A DNA stretch of 64,000 nt, from positions 16,678,001-16,742,000 of the forward strand of contig CM120640.1 of NCBI GenBank assembly GCA_051362555.1, given 5' to 3'. The stretch comes from Lingula anatina (taxonomy: Eukaryota; Animalia; Brachiopoda). This document shows positions 31,406-44,800 of this stretch, piece by piece. Under the pieces are notes generated by a model. That model did not search any database, was not told where the DNA came from, and worked only from the letters and a program-made list of their open reading frames with translations. Every line of letters begins with the position of its first letter. Within the stretch, counting starts at the first letter, position 1. The position numbers were made by a program, and so were the translations under genes.

Positions 31406-34400
31406 TCAATCTTCAGCTTTGATCTGTGGAGCGGAGTCAGAGTTCTCAACAATATCTTCAGACTGTACACATTTCCAGAGTCCATATGTTTTCCCCACTG
31501 TGGTCTGCCACAATCTTAGGGTGCCATCTTCACTGCCACTAGCATACAGCTCACCATCAGGACTGAACTGGACACAGTGGACTGGACCAAAGTGGCCTTT
31601 GAAAGATTCTACAACAGCAGAAGGCAGCAGATTTATTAAAATAATTGAGTTCAAAATTTTTTGGTGCAGTAAACATTCTACGTTAGAAGATCAAGGCTTA
31701 CCACTTTAAATCACAAAAAGTTTTAATTAAAAGTGTTCACATTTAAGTGACAATTACTGACTTAACATACGTGAAAAAAATCCGAAGAAACGCGAGCAAT
31801 ATATTAATTCAATGTGTTTATACATAAGTGACATCTACAGGTTGGACCAAAGTGCATACATCTGTAAGATGGACTGTATTACTGTCTCACCTATTTCCTG
31901 TCCAGTTTCATAGTCATATTTGTACATGATAAAGTTATCTCCACCACAGACAAACACAGCCTTGTCAGGGTGAAGAGAGGCAGAGTTGATTGGACCTGGA
32001 TGCTCAAACTCCCTGATCTTTTCAAGTCTGAGAAAACAAACACAGATAAGCTTTTCAAAAGGAAAAAAACTGTAAAAAGAAATAAATTTACTTGCAACCA
32101 ATTTAATTTATTTTTTGTTGCAATTATCTAAAAATGGCACAATTGTCAGCATTTAACACTAAAGACCTCAAATAGTACACATTCAACTGAATTTTTAAAG
32201 GCAATTATATAGCTATAAGAACCTACTTCTGAGCATCCCAAAAACTAGTGGTTTTGCCGTAAGTGATCAGCAATATGGTACCATCCTTGGAAAGTTCTAG
32301 ACTCGTTGGACTGTTAGGGAATTCCAGTTTCTTTGTCTCTGTCTGATTGGCAACCTCCCAAACTCTAAAACAGTCAGTATTAAGTGGTATATTGTATATA
32401 AAATCTCATTATATCATGCTTTACTTTATTGAAGTGTGGGATCTTGGACATGATAAAATTCACAAAAGAAGATGTTAACAGCTATCAAGTATTTAAGTGC
32501 TTTTTTCACAAATACTATGGCTTCTTTCAATGAGACATAATACACACCACAATACTTAAAAAGCCATTATATGTCGCTTTGTGATAGCAGTTACTTACCT
32601 AACTGTTTTATCATCTGATGCACTATATATTAATGTACTGTCAGTATTCCATATTGCACTTCGAATGTGAGATCCATGACCACTAAATACACTTGGTTCT
32701 ATAGCAAAAATATGTAACACCTTTATGAGTTAAGTGGTATTTTTAATTAATTTATCAAGACAAAGAGCTACGTGAAATAAAAATTGAATGTTGCAATAAG
32801 TTTTATATGAGCAGCAGTTACATATCTGTATACAGGAACACAAAAATTTTGTGAAAAAAAGTATTTCAAACAAGGCAGCAAAGCTGTCAAACGTACAGAT
32901 AAAAAGCAGGAAATAACAAAAAAGGCTACTGTCAATTCTGATGCAAAAGTACATTATGTTAAACTGCAAATTCAACATCAAATTTTAATTATGCTCAACA
33001 GGTAAAATACATCTGTGTCTGTACATAAAAACGGCATTTCTTTAAAATAATGGCCCGATTATGCTGATTTTTGAACTCAACCTGCGATTTAGCAGGAATG
33101 ACCACTCCTGTGAGTTTAATGACAATTGGCCCATCTGTTTTTCTTATATTGTGTTTACAGTGTTGCATATATGCTGAAAAGTGAAAACAAGGCAGCAAAG
33201 CTGTCAAATGTACAGACAAAGAACAGAAAATAAAGATGCAAATAAGTGAAAAATTAAATTTTCACAAAAAACTGTTAAATTGCCAGAAAATTTACCAAAC
33301 AGACTGCGTTGCCTATTGAAGCTGTATGTTAGACCCATGTTTCTTTCCTGTAAGTTTGAGAACAGTAAGTGACATGATTTCCCTTAAATAGTCATCATAG
33401 GAGCAGTGCCCAAAATAGGGGTTTCTTCAAATTTTGATGCAACATTACATAATGTTTAACAGCATAATGACAATCAAATGTTATTAATAAAATGTTAGTA
33501 ACATGGACATTCAGAAAATGTGACAAGCAAAAGTCTTCAAGATCATGGAACTTTAAAGTCACACCTTGAAAATGCCAATATGTGAAAAATTAAATTTTCA
33601 CAAAAAACTGTTTAACTGCAAAAAAAAAAAAAAAAAAAAAAACAAACAAACAAACAGACTGCATTGCCTACTGAAGCTGTATTTAAGTCCCATGTTTCTA
33701 TCCTGTAAGTTTGAAAACAGTAAGTGACATGATTTTCCTTAAATGGTCATCATGGAAGCAGTGCCCAAAATGGGGGTTTCTTCAAATTTTGATGCAATAT
33801 TACATAATGTTTAACAGCTTAATGACCATCAATTTTTAATTATAAAATATTTGTATCACAGATATTCAGAAAATGTGACTAGCAAAGGTCTTCAGGCCCA
33901 TGGAACTTCAAAGTCACGCCTTGATAATGCCAAAATGTAAACAAGACAGCACTGTTCTGAAATGGGTTTATTTCCATTTTTAACACTTTTTTAACATAAA
34001 ACAAAATAAACATTTTACTGCCATTTTTATATGTCCAACTAAGAAAATTGATGAGATGGGAAAAGTATCAATAGAACAGTGTTAAATGTCCAATTTCCTC
34101 CATTGTGAGATTCTGAACATAGTGGATGATTGATTTATTTCCATTTTTGACACTTTATTACACAATACATGATAACAAGTTTACCATGTTTTTTACATAA
34201 TCAACTAACAATGTTGTAAAGATGCAGGAAATATCAAACAAACACTTTTAGGCATCTTATTAGTTAAATAATGAGACTGTTAACATGCCTAATAATTGAA
34301 TCTGAGGAAATGTGAAAAAACAGTATAACTTCTTAAGTAATGGCCCGATTATGCTTATTTTCGAACTCAACCTGCGTTTTAGTAAGATTGACCACTCCTG

Positions 34401-37400
34401 TGAGTATAATTACAATTGGCCAATCCGTTTTTCTTATATTGTGTTATCAGTGTTGCATTTATATTGAAAATAGTGAAAAAACAGCATAAATTACCTAAAA
34501 GTGACCCGATCATGCTGATTTTCGAACTTGACCTGTGTATTAAGAATATTCATCAGTTCTGTAAGTTTCAAGTCAAAAGGTAAAATGGTTTTCCACTTAT
34601 CGTGTTATCGGTGCTGCATATATGCTGAAAAAAGTGAAACAAGGCAGCAAAGCTGTCAAATGTACAGACAAAAAAAACAGAAAATAAAGATGCAAATAAG
34701 TGAAAAATTACATTTTCAAAAAAAAACTGTTAAATTGCCAGAAAAAGCAGTGCACAAAAGCAGTGCACAAAATAGGGGTTTCTTCAAATTTTGATGCAAC
34801 ATTACATAATGTTTAACAGCATAATGACAATCAAATGTTATTAATAAAATATTAGTAACATGGACATTCAGAAAATGTGACAAGCAAAAGTCTTCAGGAT
34901 CATGGAACTTTAAAGTCACACCTTGAAAATGCCAATATGTGAAAAATTAAATTTTCACAAAAAACTGTTTAACTGAAAAAAACAAAAAAAAAAAAAAAAA
35001 AAAAAAAAAACAGACTGCATTGCCTACTAAGGCTGTATTTTAGTCCCATGTTTCTTTCCTGTAAGTTTGACAACAGTAAGTGACATGATTTTCCTTAAGT
35101 GGTCATCATGGAAGCAGTGCCCAAAATAGGGGTTTCTTCAAATTTTGATGCAATATTACATAATGTTTAACAGCTTAATGACCATCAATTTTTAATTATA
35201 AAATATTTGTATCACAGATATTCAGAAAATGCGACTAGCTAAGGTCTTCAGGCCCATGGAACTTCAAAGTCACACCTTGAAAATGCCAAAATGTAAACAA
35301 GACAGCACTGTTCTGAAATGGGTTTATTTCCATTTTTAACACTTTTTTAACATAAAACAAAATAAACATTTTACTGCCATTTTTATATGACCAACTAAGA
35401 AAATTGATGAGATGGGAAAAGTATCAATAGAACAGTGTTAAATGTCCAATTTCCTCCATTCTGAGATTTTGAACATAGTGGATGATTGAATCTGACAAAC
35501 TGCAATGATATGAGTTTATTTCCATTTTTGACACTTTATTACACAATACATGATAACAAGTTTACCATGTTTTTTACATAATCAACTAACAATGTTGTAA
35601 AGATGCAGGAAATATCAAACAAACACTTTTAGGCATCTTATTAGTTAAATAATGAGACTTTTAACATGCCTAATAATTGAATCTGAGGAAATGTGAAAAA
35701 ACAGTATAACTTCTAAAATTATGGCCCGATTATGCTGATTTTCGAACTCAACCTGCGTTTTTAGTAAGATTGACCACTCCTGTGAGTATAATTACAATTG
35801 GCCAATCCGTTTTTCTTACATTGTGTTATCAATGTTGCATTTATATTGAAAATAGTGAAAAAACAGCATAAATTCCCTAAGAATGGCCCAATCATGCTGA
35901 TTTTCGAACTTGACCTGCATATTATGAATATTCATCAGTTCTGTAAGATTCAAGTCAAAAGGTAAAATTGCCAGAAAAATTTACCCAACAGACTGCGTTG
36001 CCTATTGAAGCTGTATGTTAGACCCATGTTTCTTTCCTGTAAGTTTGAGAACAGTAAGTGACATGATTTCCCTTAAATGGTCATCATAGGAGCAGTGCAC
36101 AAAATAGGGGTTTCTTCAAATTTTGATGCAACATTACATAATGTTTAACAGCATAATGACAATCAAATGTTATTAATAAAATATTAGTAACATGGACATT
36201 CAGAAAATGTGACAAGCAAAAGTCTTCAGGATCATGGAACTTTAAAGTCACACCTTGAAAATGCCAATATGTGAAAAATTAAATTTTCACAAAAAACTGT
36301 TTAACTGCAAAAAAAAAAAAAATAATAATAATAAAAAAAAAATAATAAAATACCAAACAGACTGCATTGCCTACTGAAGCTGTATTTTAGTCCCATGTTT
36401 CTTTCCTGTAAGTTTGAGAACAGTAAGTGACATGATTTTCCTTATATGGTCATCATGGAAGCAGTGTCCAAAGTAGGGGTTTCTTCAAATTTTTATGCAA
36501 TATTACATAATGTTTAACAGCTTAATGACCATCAATTTTTAATTATAAAATATTTGTATCACAGATATTCAGAAAATGCGACGAGCAAAGGTCTTCAGGC
36601 CCATGGAACTTCAAAGTCACACCTTGAAAATGCCAAAATGTAAACAAGACAGCACTGTTCTGAAATGGGTTTATTTCCATTTTTAACACTTTTTTAACAT
36701 AAAACAAAATAAACATTTTACTGCCATTTTTATATGACCAACTAAGAAAATTGATGAGATGGGAAAAGTATCAATAGAACAGTGTTAAATGTCCAATTTC
36801 CTCCATTCTGAGATTCTGAACATAGTGGATGATTGAATCTGACAAACTGCAATGATATGAGTTTATTTCCATTTTTGACACTTTATTACACAATACATGA
36901 TAACAAGTTTACCATGTTTTTTACATAATCAACTAACAATGTTGTAAAGATGCAGGAAATATCAAACAAACACTTTTAGGCATCTTATTAGTTAAATAAT
37001 GAGACTGTTAACATGCCTAATAATTGAATCTGAGGAAATGTGAAAAAACAGTATAACTTCTAAAATTATGGCCCGATTATGCTGATTTTCGAACTCAACC
37101 TGCGTTTTAGTAAGATTGACCACTCTTGTGAGTATAATTACAATTGGCCAATCCGTTTTTCTTATATTGTGTTATCAGTGTTGCATTTATATTGAAAAAA
37201 GTGAAAAAACAGCATAAATTCCCTAAAAATGGCCCAATCATGCTGATTTTCGAACTTGACCTGCGTATTATGAATATTCATCAGTTCAGTAAGTTTCAAG
37301 TCAAAAGGTAAAATGGTTTTCCACTTATCGTGTTATCGGTGCTGCATATATGCTGAAAAAAGTGAAAAAACAGCATAAATTCCCTAATAGTGACCAGATC

Positions 37401-40400
37401 ATGCTGATTTTCGAACTTGACCTGCGTATTATGAATATTCATCAGTTCTGTAAGTTTCAAGTCAAAAGGTAAAATGGTTTTCCACTTATCGTGTTATCGG
37501 TGCTGCATACATGCTGAAAAAAGTGAAAAAACAGCATAAATTCCCTAAAAGTGACCAGATCATGCTGATTTTCGAACTTGACCTGCGTATTATGAATAGT
37601 CATCAGTTCTGCAAGTTTCAAGTCAAAAGGTAAAATGGTTTTCCACTTATCGTGTTATCGGTAAAAGTGCACGGCGACGGCGACGACGGCGACGACAGAC
37701 GCAGATGATGGCTATATGTACAGACACATCTGTGTCTGTACATAAAAAAAAGCATAACTACTAAAATAGTGGCCCGATCATGCCGATTTTTGAACTTGAC
37801 CTGCGTTTTAGTAAGATCAATTACTCTGCATTTTAGTCCTGTATTTCTTTTTTGAAAGTTTGACAATCATAAGTAACATGGTTTTCCCATAATGGTCATC
37901 TTGGCAGCAGCACCCAAAATTGTGTTTTCTTCTATTCTGATGCAATATTACATAATGGTTAACAGCAAAATGACCGTTAATTTTTAATAATAAAATACAC
38001 GTATCATGGATTTTCAGAAAATGTGACTAGCATGGGTCTTCAAGCCTGTGGAACATGCCGATTTTCGAACTTGACATATGTTATAGTAAGATCAATTACT
38101 CCTGTGATTTTCATGACAACAGGCCTATCGGTTTTCCTTAAAATGTGTTTACAGTGTTGCATATATGCTGAAAAGTGAAAAAACAGCATAACTTCTACAA
38201 TAATGGCCCGATCATGCTGATTTTTTAACTTGACCTGCGTTTTATGAATATTCATCAGCTCTGTAAATATACAGCCAAAAAGTAAAACTGCCTTCCACTT
38301 ATCATGTTTACAATGAAAGTGCACGGTGTCGGCACCGGCGACGACAGACGCAGGTGATGGCAATATGTACAGACACATCTGTACAAATTTACTGTACTGT
38401 TTGAGAACAGTAAGTGACATGGTTTTTCTTAAATGGTCATCATGGGAGCAGTGCCCAAAATAGGTTTTTTTCAAATTTTGATGCAATATTACATAATGTT
38501 TAACAGCATAATGACCATCAATTTTTAATAATAAAATATAAGTATCATGGATATTCAGAAAATGTGACTAGCAAAGGTCTTCAGGCCCATGGAACTTCCA
38601 AGTCACAACTTGAAAATGCCAGAATGTAAACAAGACAGCACTGTTCTGAAATGTTTTTTTTTTCCATTTTTAACACTTTTTTTAACATAAAACAAAATTA
38701 ACAGGTTACTGCCATTTTTATACGATCAACTAAGAAAATTGATGAGATGGGAAAAATATCAATACAACAGTGTTAAATGTCCAATTTACTCCATTCTGAG
38801 ATTCTGAACATAGTGAATGATTGAATCTGACAAACTGCAATGATATGAGTTTATTTCCATTTTTGAAACTTTATTACACAATACACGATAACAAGTTTAC
38901 CATCATTTTTACATAATCAACTAACAATGTTGTAAAGATGCAGGAAATGTCAAACAAACACTTTGACGTATCTTATTAGTTCATTAATGAGACTGTTAAC
39001 ATGCCTAACAGTTGAATCTGAGGAAATTTGAAAAAACAGCATAACTTCTAAAATAATGGCCCAATTATGCTGATTTTCGAACTCAACCTGCGTTTTAGTA
39101 AGATTGACCACTCCTGTTAGTTAAATGACAATTGGCCTATCTGTTTTTCTTATATTGTGTTTACAGTGTTGCATATATGCTGAAAAATGAAAAAACAGCA
39201 TAACTACTAAAATAGTGGCCCGATCATGCCGATTTTCGAACTTGACCTGCGTTTTAGTAAGATTGATTACTCCTGTGAGTTTCATGACAACAGGCCTAAC
39301 GGTTTTCCTTAAAATGTGTTTACAGGGTTGCATATAAGCTGAAAAGTGAAAAAACAGCATAACTTCTACAATAATGGCCCGATCATGCTGGTTTTCGAAC
39401 TTGACCTGCGTTTTATGAATATTCATCAGCTATGTAAATATTAAGCCAAAAAGTAAAACTGCCCTCCACTTATCGTGTTTACAAGGAAAGTGCACGGCGC
39501 CGGCATCGGCATCGGCGACGACAGATGCAGGTGATGGCAATATGTACAGACACATCTGTGTCTGTACATAAAAAGAAAGATTTTTAATAAAAAGAAAGCA
39601 TTAGAAGTTTATGCAAATTCTTCAATCTATGATAAAATGTATACACAATTATTTCATTGTATTTCTGAACATAGAAGGTTTAGCTAGCATGCTGTTCAGT
39701 TGTCATTTGAATGGCCTCTTCGAGCAGCAGATGACTTATCTTATGGCTGAACAAACTGTTGAAATTGCCTCCCCCCAACAATTAATTTTTATGACTTATA
39801 TGCCCCTGCAGGTAAAAATATGAACAAAAACTTCTATAGCATCTATTTTTACCTGCATCAGGCCTTGCTAAATCAAAGATCCTCAGCAACTTTTCATTAC
39901 TCCCTGTTAAAAGATGGCCTCCATCTTTAGAGAAGGCAACACTTTTCACAATATGTTTGTGGGAAAAGTTCTGGAGTTCATCGCCAGTTACTGCATCCCA
40001 GATTTTCCTATAAAAGCAATTACATATTTAGTTAAGGGTGCAAGCTTTCAATCAAACTATATACAGTAATCAATCCATCTTTTCAATGGGAAAAATTGTG
40101 AATTTTACAAATACAGTCATAATATCTTAAAATCAGAACATTGCCATTGAGTGGTTGCAACAAAATCAAAAAGCAAGCAACTCAATAGTTATATTCTATC
40201 CAGTATAAGCACCACAAATGCTGTATAGAAATATAATTTTGTGATTATAAAGTTATGTATCTCAAAGTTAGATAATTTTTACCGATGAAAAGATCAAGTA
40301 ATTACTGTATGCATCACATTTTTTGTAAACTTCTTACTTTTTATTTTATGCATGCATCCATTCAAATACAAAAGTTATAAGCTTGAACAAACACTTCAAG

Positions 40401-41463
40401 GTTACCTTATATTAAAACCCAAGTTTCCAAAGTTCAAATGCCTCACTAAGGTACTAGTTTAATCTCATATTCAAGATAAGATAAAAAAAAAAAAGAGTTG
40501 AAAACCAAGTAAAAGGAAAAAATGTTTTCAAAGTTTGATTAAAAGACAATTAGTAATAATTTTGTTTGATGCAACAAATACAATTCTCAAAAAACATATG
40601 TACACACGCAGAGAAATCAGCTGCTCCAGTTGCAGCTTTGGTGGCATCTGTATTTAGAGTAGCTCCCCAGACAGCTCCTTTGTGACCTTCAAATGTTCCT
40701 ACCCAGTCTCCTGTGTCTCCCTGGCGCAGCATTGGCTTCCCATCTAAAGGAAAATAAGTTTGTTTTTTAGGTTGGCTTATTTTAATTCTGTTCATTGTAA
40801 CAGAAGAAATATATAAACCAATTCAGTATTAATGAATTCTCGTAGAATGAACAAAACTTAAATTTAATGACTTTTAATAAAGTAAGTTCTACATGTATCA
40901 CCCTATACCAATAAAATATAAATTTTCAAACACTCATACTCTAGTAAAGCCAAGACTAATGCTATGGGGTGGGGGGTAGAAGGATTGAAATATAAAACTG
41001 TACAAGGGTGACACTAAACTTAAATATATAGGGAACATGAATGCATTTATGGAAAATTGCATACACTTCTCTCGTTCTACCAGGGCCAGTTGGAAGGGAA
41101 CAAAAGGGTGCCTCAGAAGCTAAAGAAAGAGCTGTGCCTTGCCCTGAATACACCATTGGATGGATTTCATTATTCCAAATCGCATCCATTTTTTCTGATT
41201 GAAAACGTTCTACTTTTCTATCGAATCTATGCTGTAGAATTAATAGTAAAAAAATAAAATAGAAGTGACATGCCGACGATCTGGACGATATGCAATTTGC
41301 ACACGATTTTCAAATAACAAAATATATTAATTTCAGTGAATACTATACCTTTACAGGCACTAATGAGAAAATACCCATGGGGTGTGATTTCACTAAAGCC
41401 CAAGTCAACAACAGGTCTGGTATGACCACTGCAAGTCAGCGGTGTCTGGCGAACGGATGCCAT
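31406..41463 (-). CDS. STRAP: Serine-threonine kinase receptor-associated protein (UNRIP), WD40 repeats, 327 aa
   Basis: Exons 41463-41349, 40743-40608, 40007-39853, 32698-32599, 32364-32227, 32027-31891 and 31608-31406 (984 nt) give [24 protein letters not shown]...[32 protein letters not shown]...[47 protein letters not shown]. Confidence 0.97.
32850..39575 (+). repeat. Helentron/HINE-like complex tandem array in STRAP intron 3
   Basis: Higher-order units of ~1.33-1.38 kb (marker aaatgccaatatgtgaaaaattaaattttc near 33570, 34927, 36259) contain ~120-180-bp subunits (gaaaaaacagcataa...ggcccgatcatgctgattttcgaacttgacctgcg). A GACGGC/GAC microsatellite precedes a 30-bp hairpin and an A-run at 37715-37744 and 39541-39570. 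Confidence 0.8.
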
Positions 41464-41875
41464 ATTTCTAAGATGCTTTAAAGATTACGGGTTACTGCAA
41501 GACAAGCTTCATTACACGTCAGCATTCTGGAGAAATATGGGTTTTTATTGAAATCGTTTTATATTTTTTATTTCAAGTATCCGAATTTTTTAGGTTTCTA
41601 GTATATTTAAGACGAAATTTACACAAATTACAGGAATATTGCATTAATAGTAATATCGGTGATGATTAGCTTTGTGAGAAACGCATGCGCAACATTGTGT
41701 GAATAATATACTTCCGTCTTCTGCATTGACGTACTGATACTTGAATATATATTACTCATTAGTCACCAAAACACGGAATCACATGAGGCCGTCGTCAGAT
41801 GTACAATACACAAAACCTGTAAGACATATCTAATTTTGGAAAGTGGGGGAACAGAAACAATATAGACAAAACAAA
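41464..41875. promoter_or_regulatory. Probable bidirectional promoter shared by STRAP and CHMP2B
   Basis: Divergent start codons are only 412 bp apart. NRF1-like CGCATGCGCA at 41682-41691 and TGACGT at 41727; local CpG retention. Confidence 0.7.
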
Positions 41876-44800
41876 ATGGACTTATTTAAGAAGAAACCAA
41901 CTGTGCAAGGTAAGTTCAACTTCAAGTATTCCTTGCTTTTTACGTATAGAATGTACTATTAGTTTTAACTTTTACATATACTCAGTAAACTCTGCCTTCC
42001 TAAACAACAATTTCACCGGTATTCTACTTTGTCATTAACAGTTAAATGCCATGAATGGATGTCTGTCTCACTTGTACAGTATATAGATATGTATATCAGA
42101 AAAATTTTCAAACTTATCAGAAAATTATAATAGAGAGTTTCCGGTGCAGTTGGGATACGACGGCTAGATTGTTATGTATCATGTTCTAATGTATCCAGTA
42201 ACGCGCTTCTCTCTTCGCGTTCCGGTAATGTCCCGGAATGCTGGCGCTCATTCCAATGTAATAATAACAATATACGGCCCCGTAGCCATCTATTTCCAAG
42301 GGAGGGGGGATTCTTTTTTATGAAAAAGGAGACAAATATTACCCAAAAGTGCAATTTTTCCCGACAAAAATGGCGGTTCGTAAGAACCCCACGATCAACC
42401 CCCGACTACGTGCCTGAAAAACCAAGACTGGCGGCTCCTCTCTGTTAAAAAGTCAAAATTTGCATGAACGTACACTTGAACTATTGTAAAAAAGTATATA
42501 AGTCATATAAATTAGCAAACATAACCTTTAATAACTATTTTCAATAATCTTCCGCACTGGCTAGATAGGAGCGCTTGTATTCCGCAGACTAGATGGGATG
42601 ACGGTATATGAATGCGGTGAACGTCACAAGTGTGCACAAACCGATGACGTATTAATCTAGCCGGCGTATCTCACCGGCAACGGAAACTCTCTATTACTTA
42701 TATCATCTGAAAGGAAATGCAAAAACCGGATGAAATCACTTGGAATTTTTTAAATATTCCTACAAGCAACAAAGATATTGAAGTTTTTTAACGGCAAAAA
42801 TTCACCAAAAGTGTCCACACTTTTCAGCTTAAAACCTGTCACTACTGACCAGCGGTGATCACTCAGCTGTAGCTGCAGCTCAAATTGCTTGTGACCAATT
42901 AGGGCAATTATGGCTGTATGTTAATCTAATGAAACAAACCCAAATTGCGACCACACAAGCACATGGCTGGGATGGCTTCCGTGCAGATCATGTACTATAA
43001 ATATTGCGCATTAAATTAACTATACTTCGCAACCTTCAAATTTCATGATTTTTCTACATAATATAGCAAATTTCATAAACTTTGCTTGATATAAATTTCA
43101 AAAAGGTGAAACCAGTACTTAACTGACATTTTTGAGCATTTTGTTGAGGCAAAACTTCAAACACCCTGAACTGAAACTTCTCAAAGACTGCAACACGGGA
43201 AAATCACGTGATCGGATTTTACTTTTTGATTTACAGCTTATTTAGTTAATGGCTTGTATTAGTTTTTTTTACGCGGCGCTTAAAGAGAGATTTAAAAAAG
43301 GGGTGCCATAGGCGAGCTGTCAGCAGGCCGATATCAGTTTTACACCTCACTGCCCCTGGATAGTCACGACTGTAGCGCCCCTAGCGGATTGTGATATACC
43401 TAATATAGATTAATTAATTAATAGTTTGGACTATGCTCCACTCCTAAATGAACATTTTTGTTGGCCATTTTTGCGGCTGTTATCAGTTTATTTTAAGAAA
43501 AATGCCGTAAACAATATAGTGATAGTTTTCAATTCCATGTAAATAGTAATTATAAATGTGTTACAGAACAACTTAGACAGAATGACAGACAAATAAGAAG
43601 AACACAGAGAGATTTAGAAAGAGACCGAGGGCAGCTAGAAAAACAAGAAAAACAAATAGTAAGTATACACATGGTTTGTCATGACAACTGCTATCCACAG
43701 CCACCATAAAATCAATTCAACCAATGATTGACCTCATAAATGACAGTTGCGTATCTCGGTAACTTCCTCACACTGACCCAACCTTGGCTGTATTGATTTT
43801 TGAATGAATGTGAAAACCATCCACATTTTGTAAAAGATTCCTATGATTGCAATACCACTAGTCCACTTGGTTTAGTATTTCTTAATTAACTTAATGATAT
43901 TATTCCCATACATTAGACATTGTGTCTTATTTATTATCTAGCATCCTAAGAGCAGGATGTCTAGTAATATTTCGTTTTACTTACAAATGTTTTTTTCTCA
44001 ATTTGCGTTTCTCAATTTGTAACTGAATATTGCATTAATACTTTTAATTATAAGAGTTAAAGACTTGCCTGTATAATTTAAAATTTGTCATTACAGTGAC
44101 TGCTAATTGTTGTTCACTTTTAGGAAATGGAAATAAAGAAAGCAGCCAAAAGAGGAGATAAACAGACTGCAACAATTCTGGCAAAACAATTAGTCCAGCT
44201 GAGAAAACAAAAGACAAAGAGTTTTGCTGTAGGCTCTAGAATACAGGGAGTAGGACATCAGACAAAGGTAACAGAGCACCTATAAAGTACACTCTCAGAC
44301 TTAGAATCTTATTGTTTTTGTCACATATTGTGCAGCGCGCCACCTATATGATGTGTGTATTGACCTGGGAGGTCATTGTGTATCTCAGTGAGCTGATTCT
44401 AATAAACACGTGTCCTGACAACAAGGCAGTTGTTATATGGTGTCAGAAGTGGGATTCTCAATGGAAACCTTGAAACCACCTGCACACGTTAATTTCCAGA
44501 GTGGAAATGTGGCTACAAACTGGCGTAAATGGGAGCAGCAATTCAAGGTGTACTATAATGCATGCGAATTAGGAGAAAAGTCTGGCGCGACGCAAGTCGC
44601 CGTCCAGCTTATGGTAAGAAGTGCAAGAAATGTTCGGGGTTAAATCATTTTGCCGTTGTTTGTCTGGGTGGAGGCTTCAGAAAGAAACCATTATCATCAA
44701 AGAAGATACACCAGCTAGACACGGAGGATGTTGGCAGTGATGAAGGTGAGAGGCTGTTTGTTGGTAGTCTCACAAGCAGCAATTGTTCTACGCAGTATTC

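Noticed and set aside
33000-39570. Repeated units and recurring ORFs ([12 protein letters not shown]..., [13 protein letters not shown]) that might suggest a CRISPR array or a peptide gene family
   Set aside because: The context is a eukaryotic intron with no unique spacers and no cas genes. The ORFs are chance translations of the tandem subunits with variable stops.
44438-44457. tRNA-like sequence
   Set aside because: It is only the retrotransposon primer-binding site; no full cloverleaf was recognised here or elsewhere in the window.
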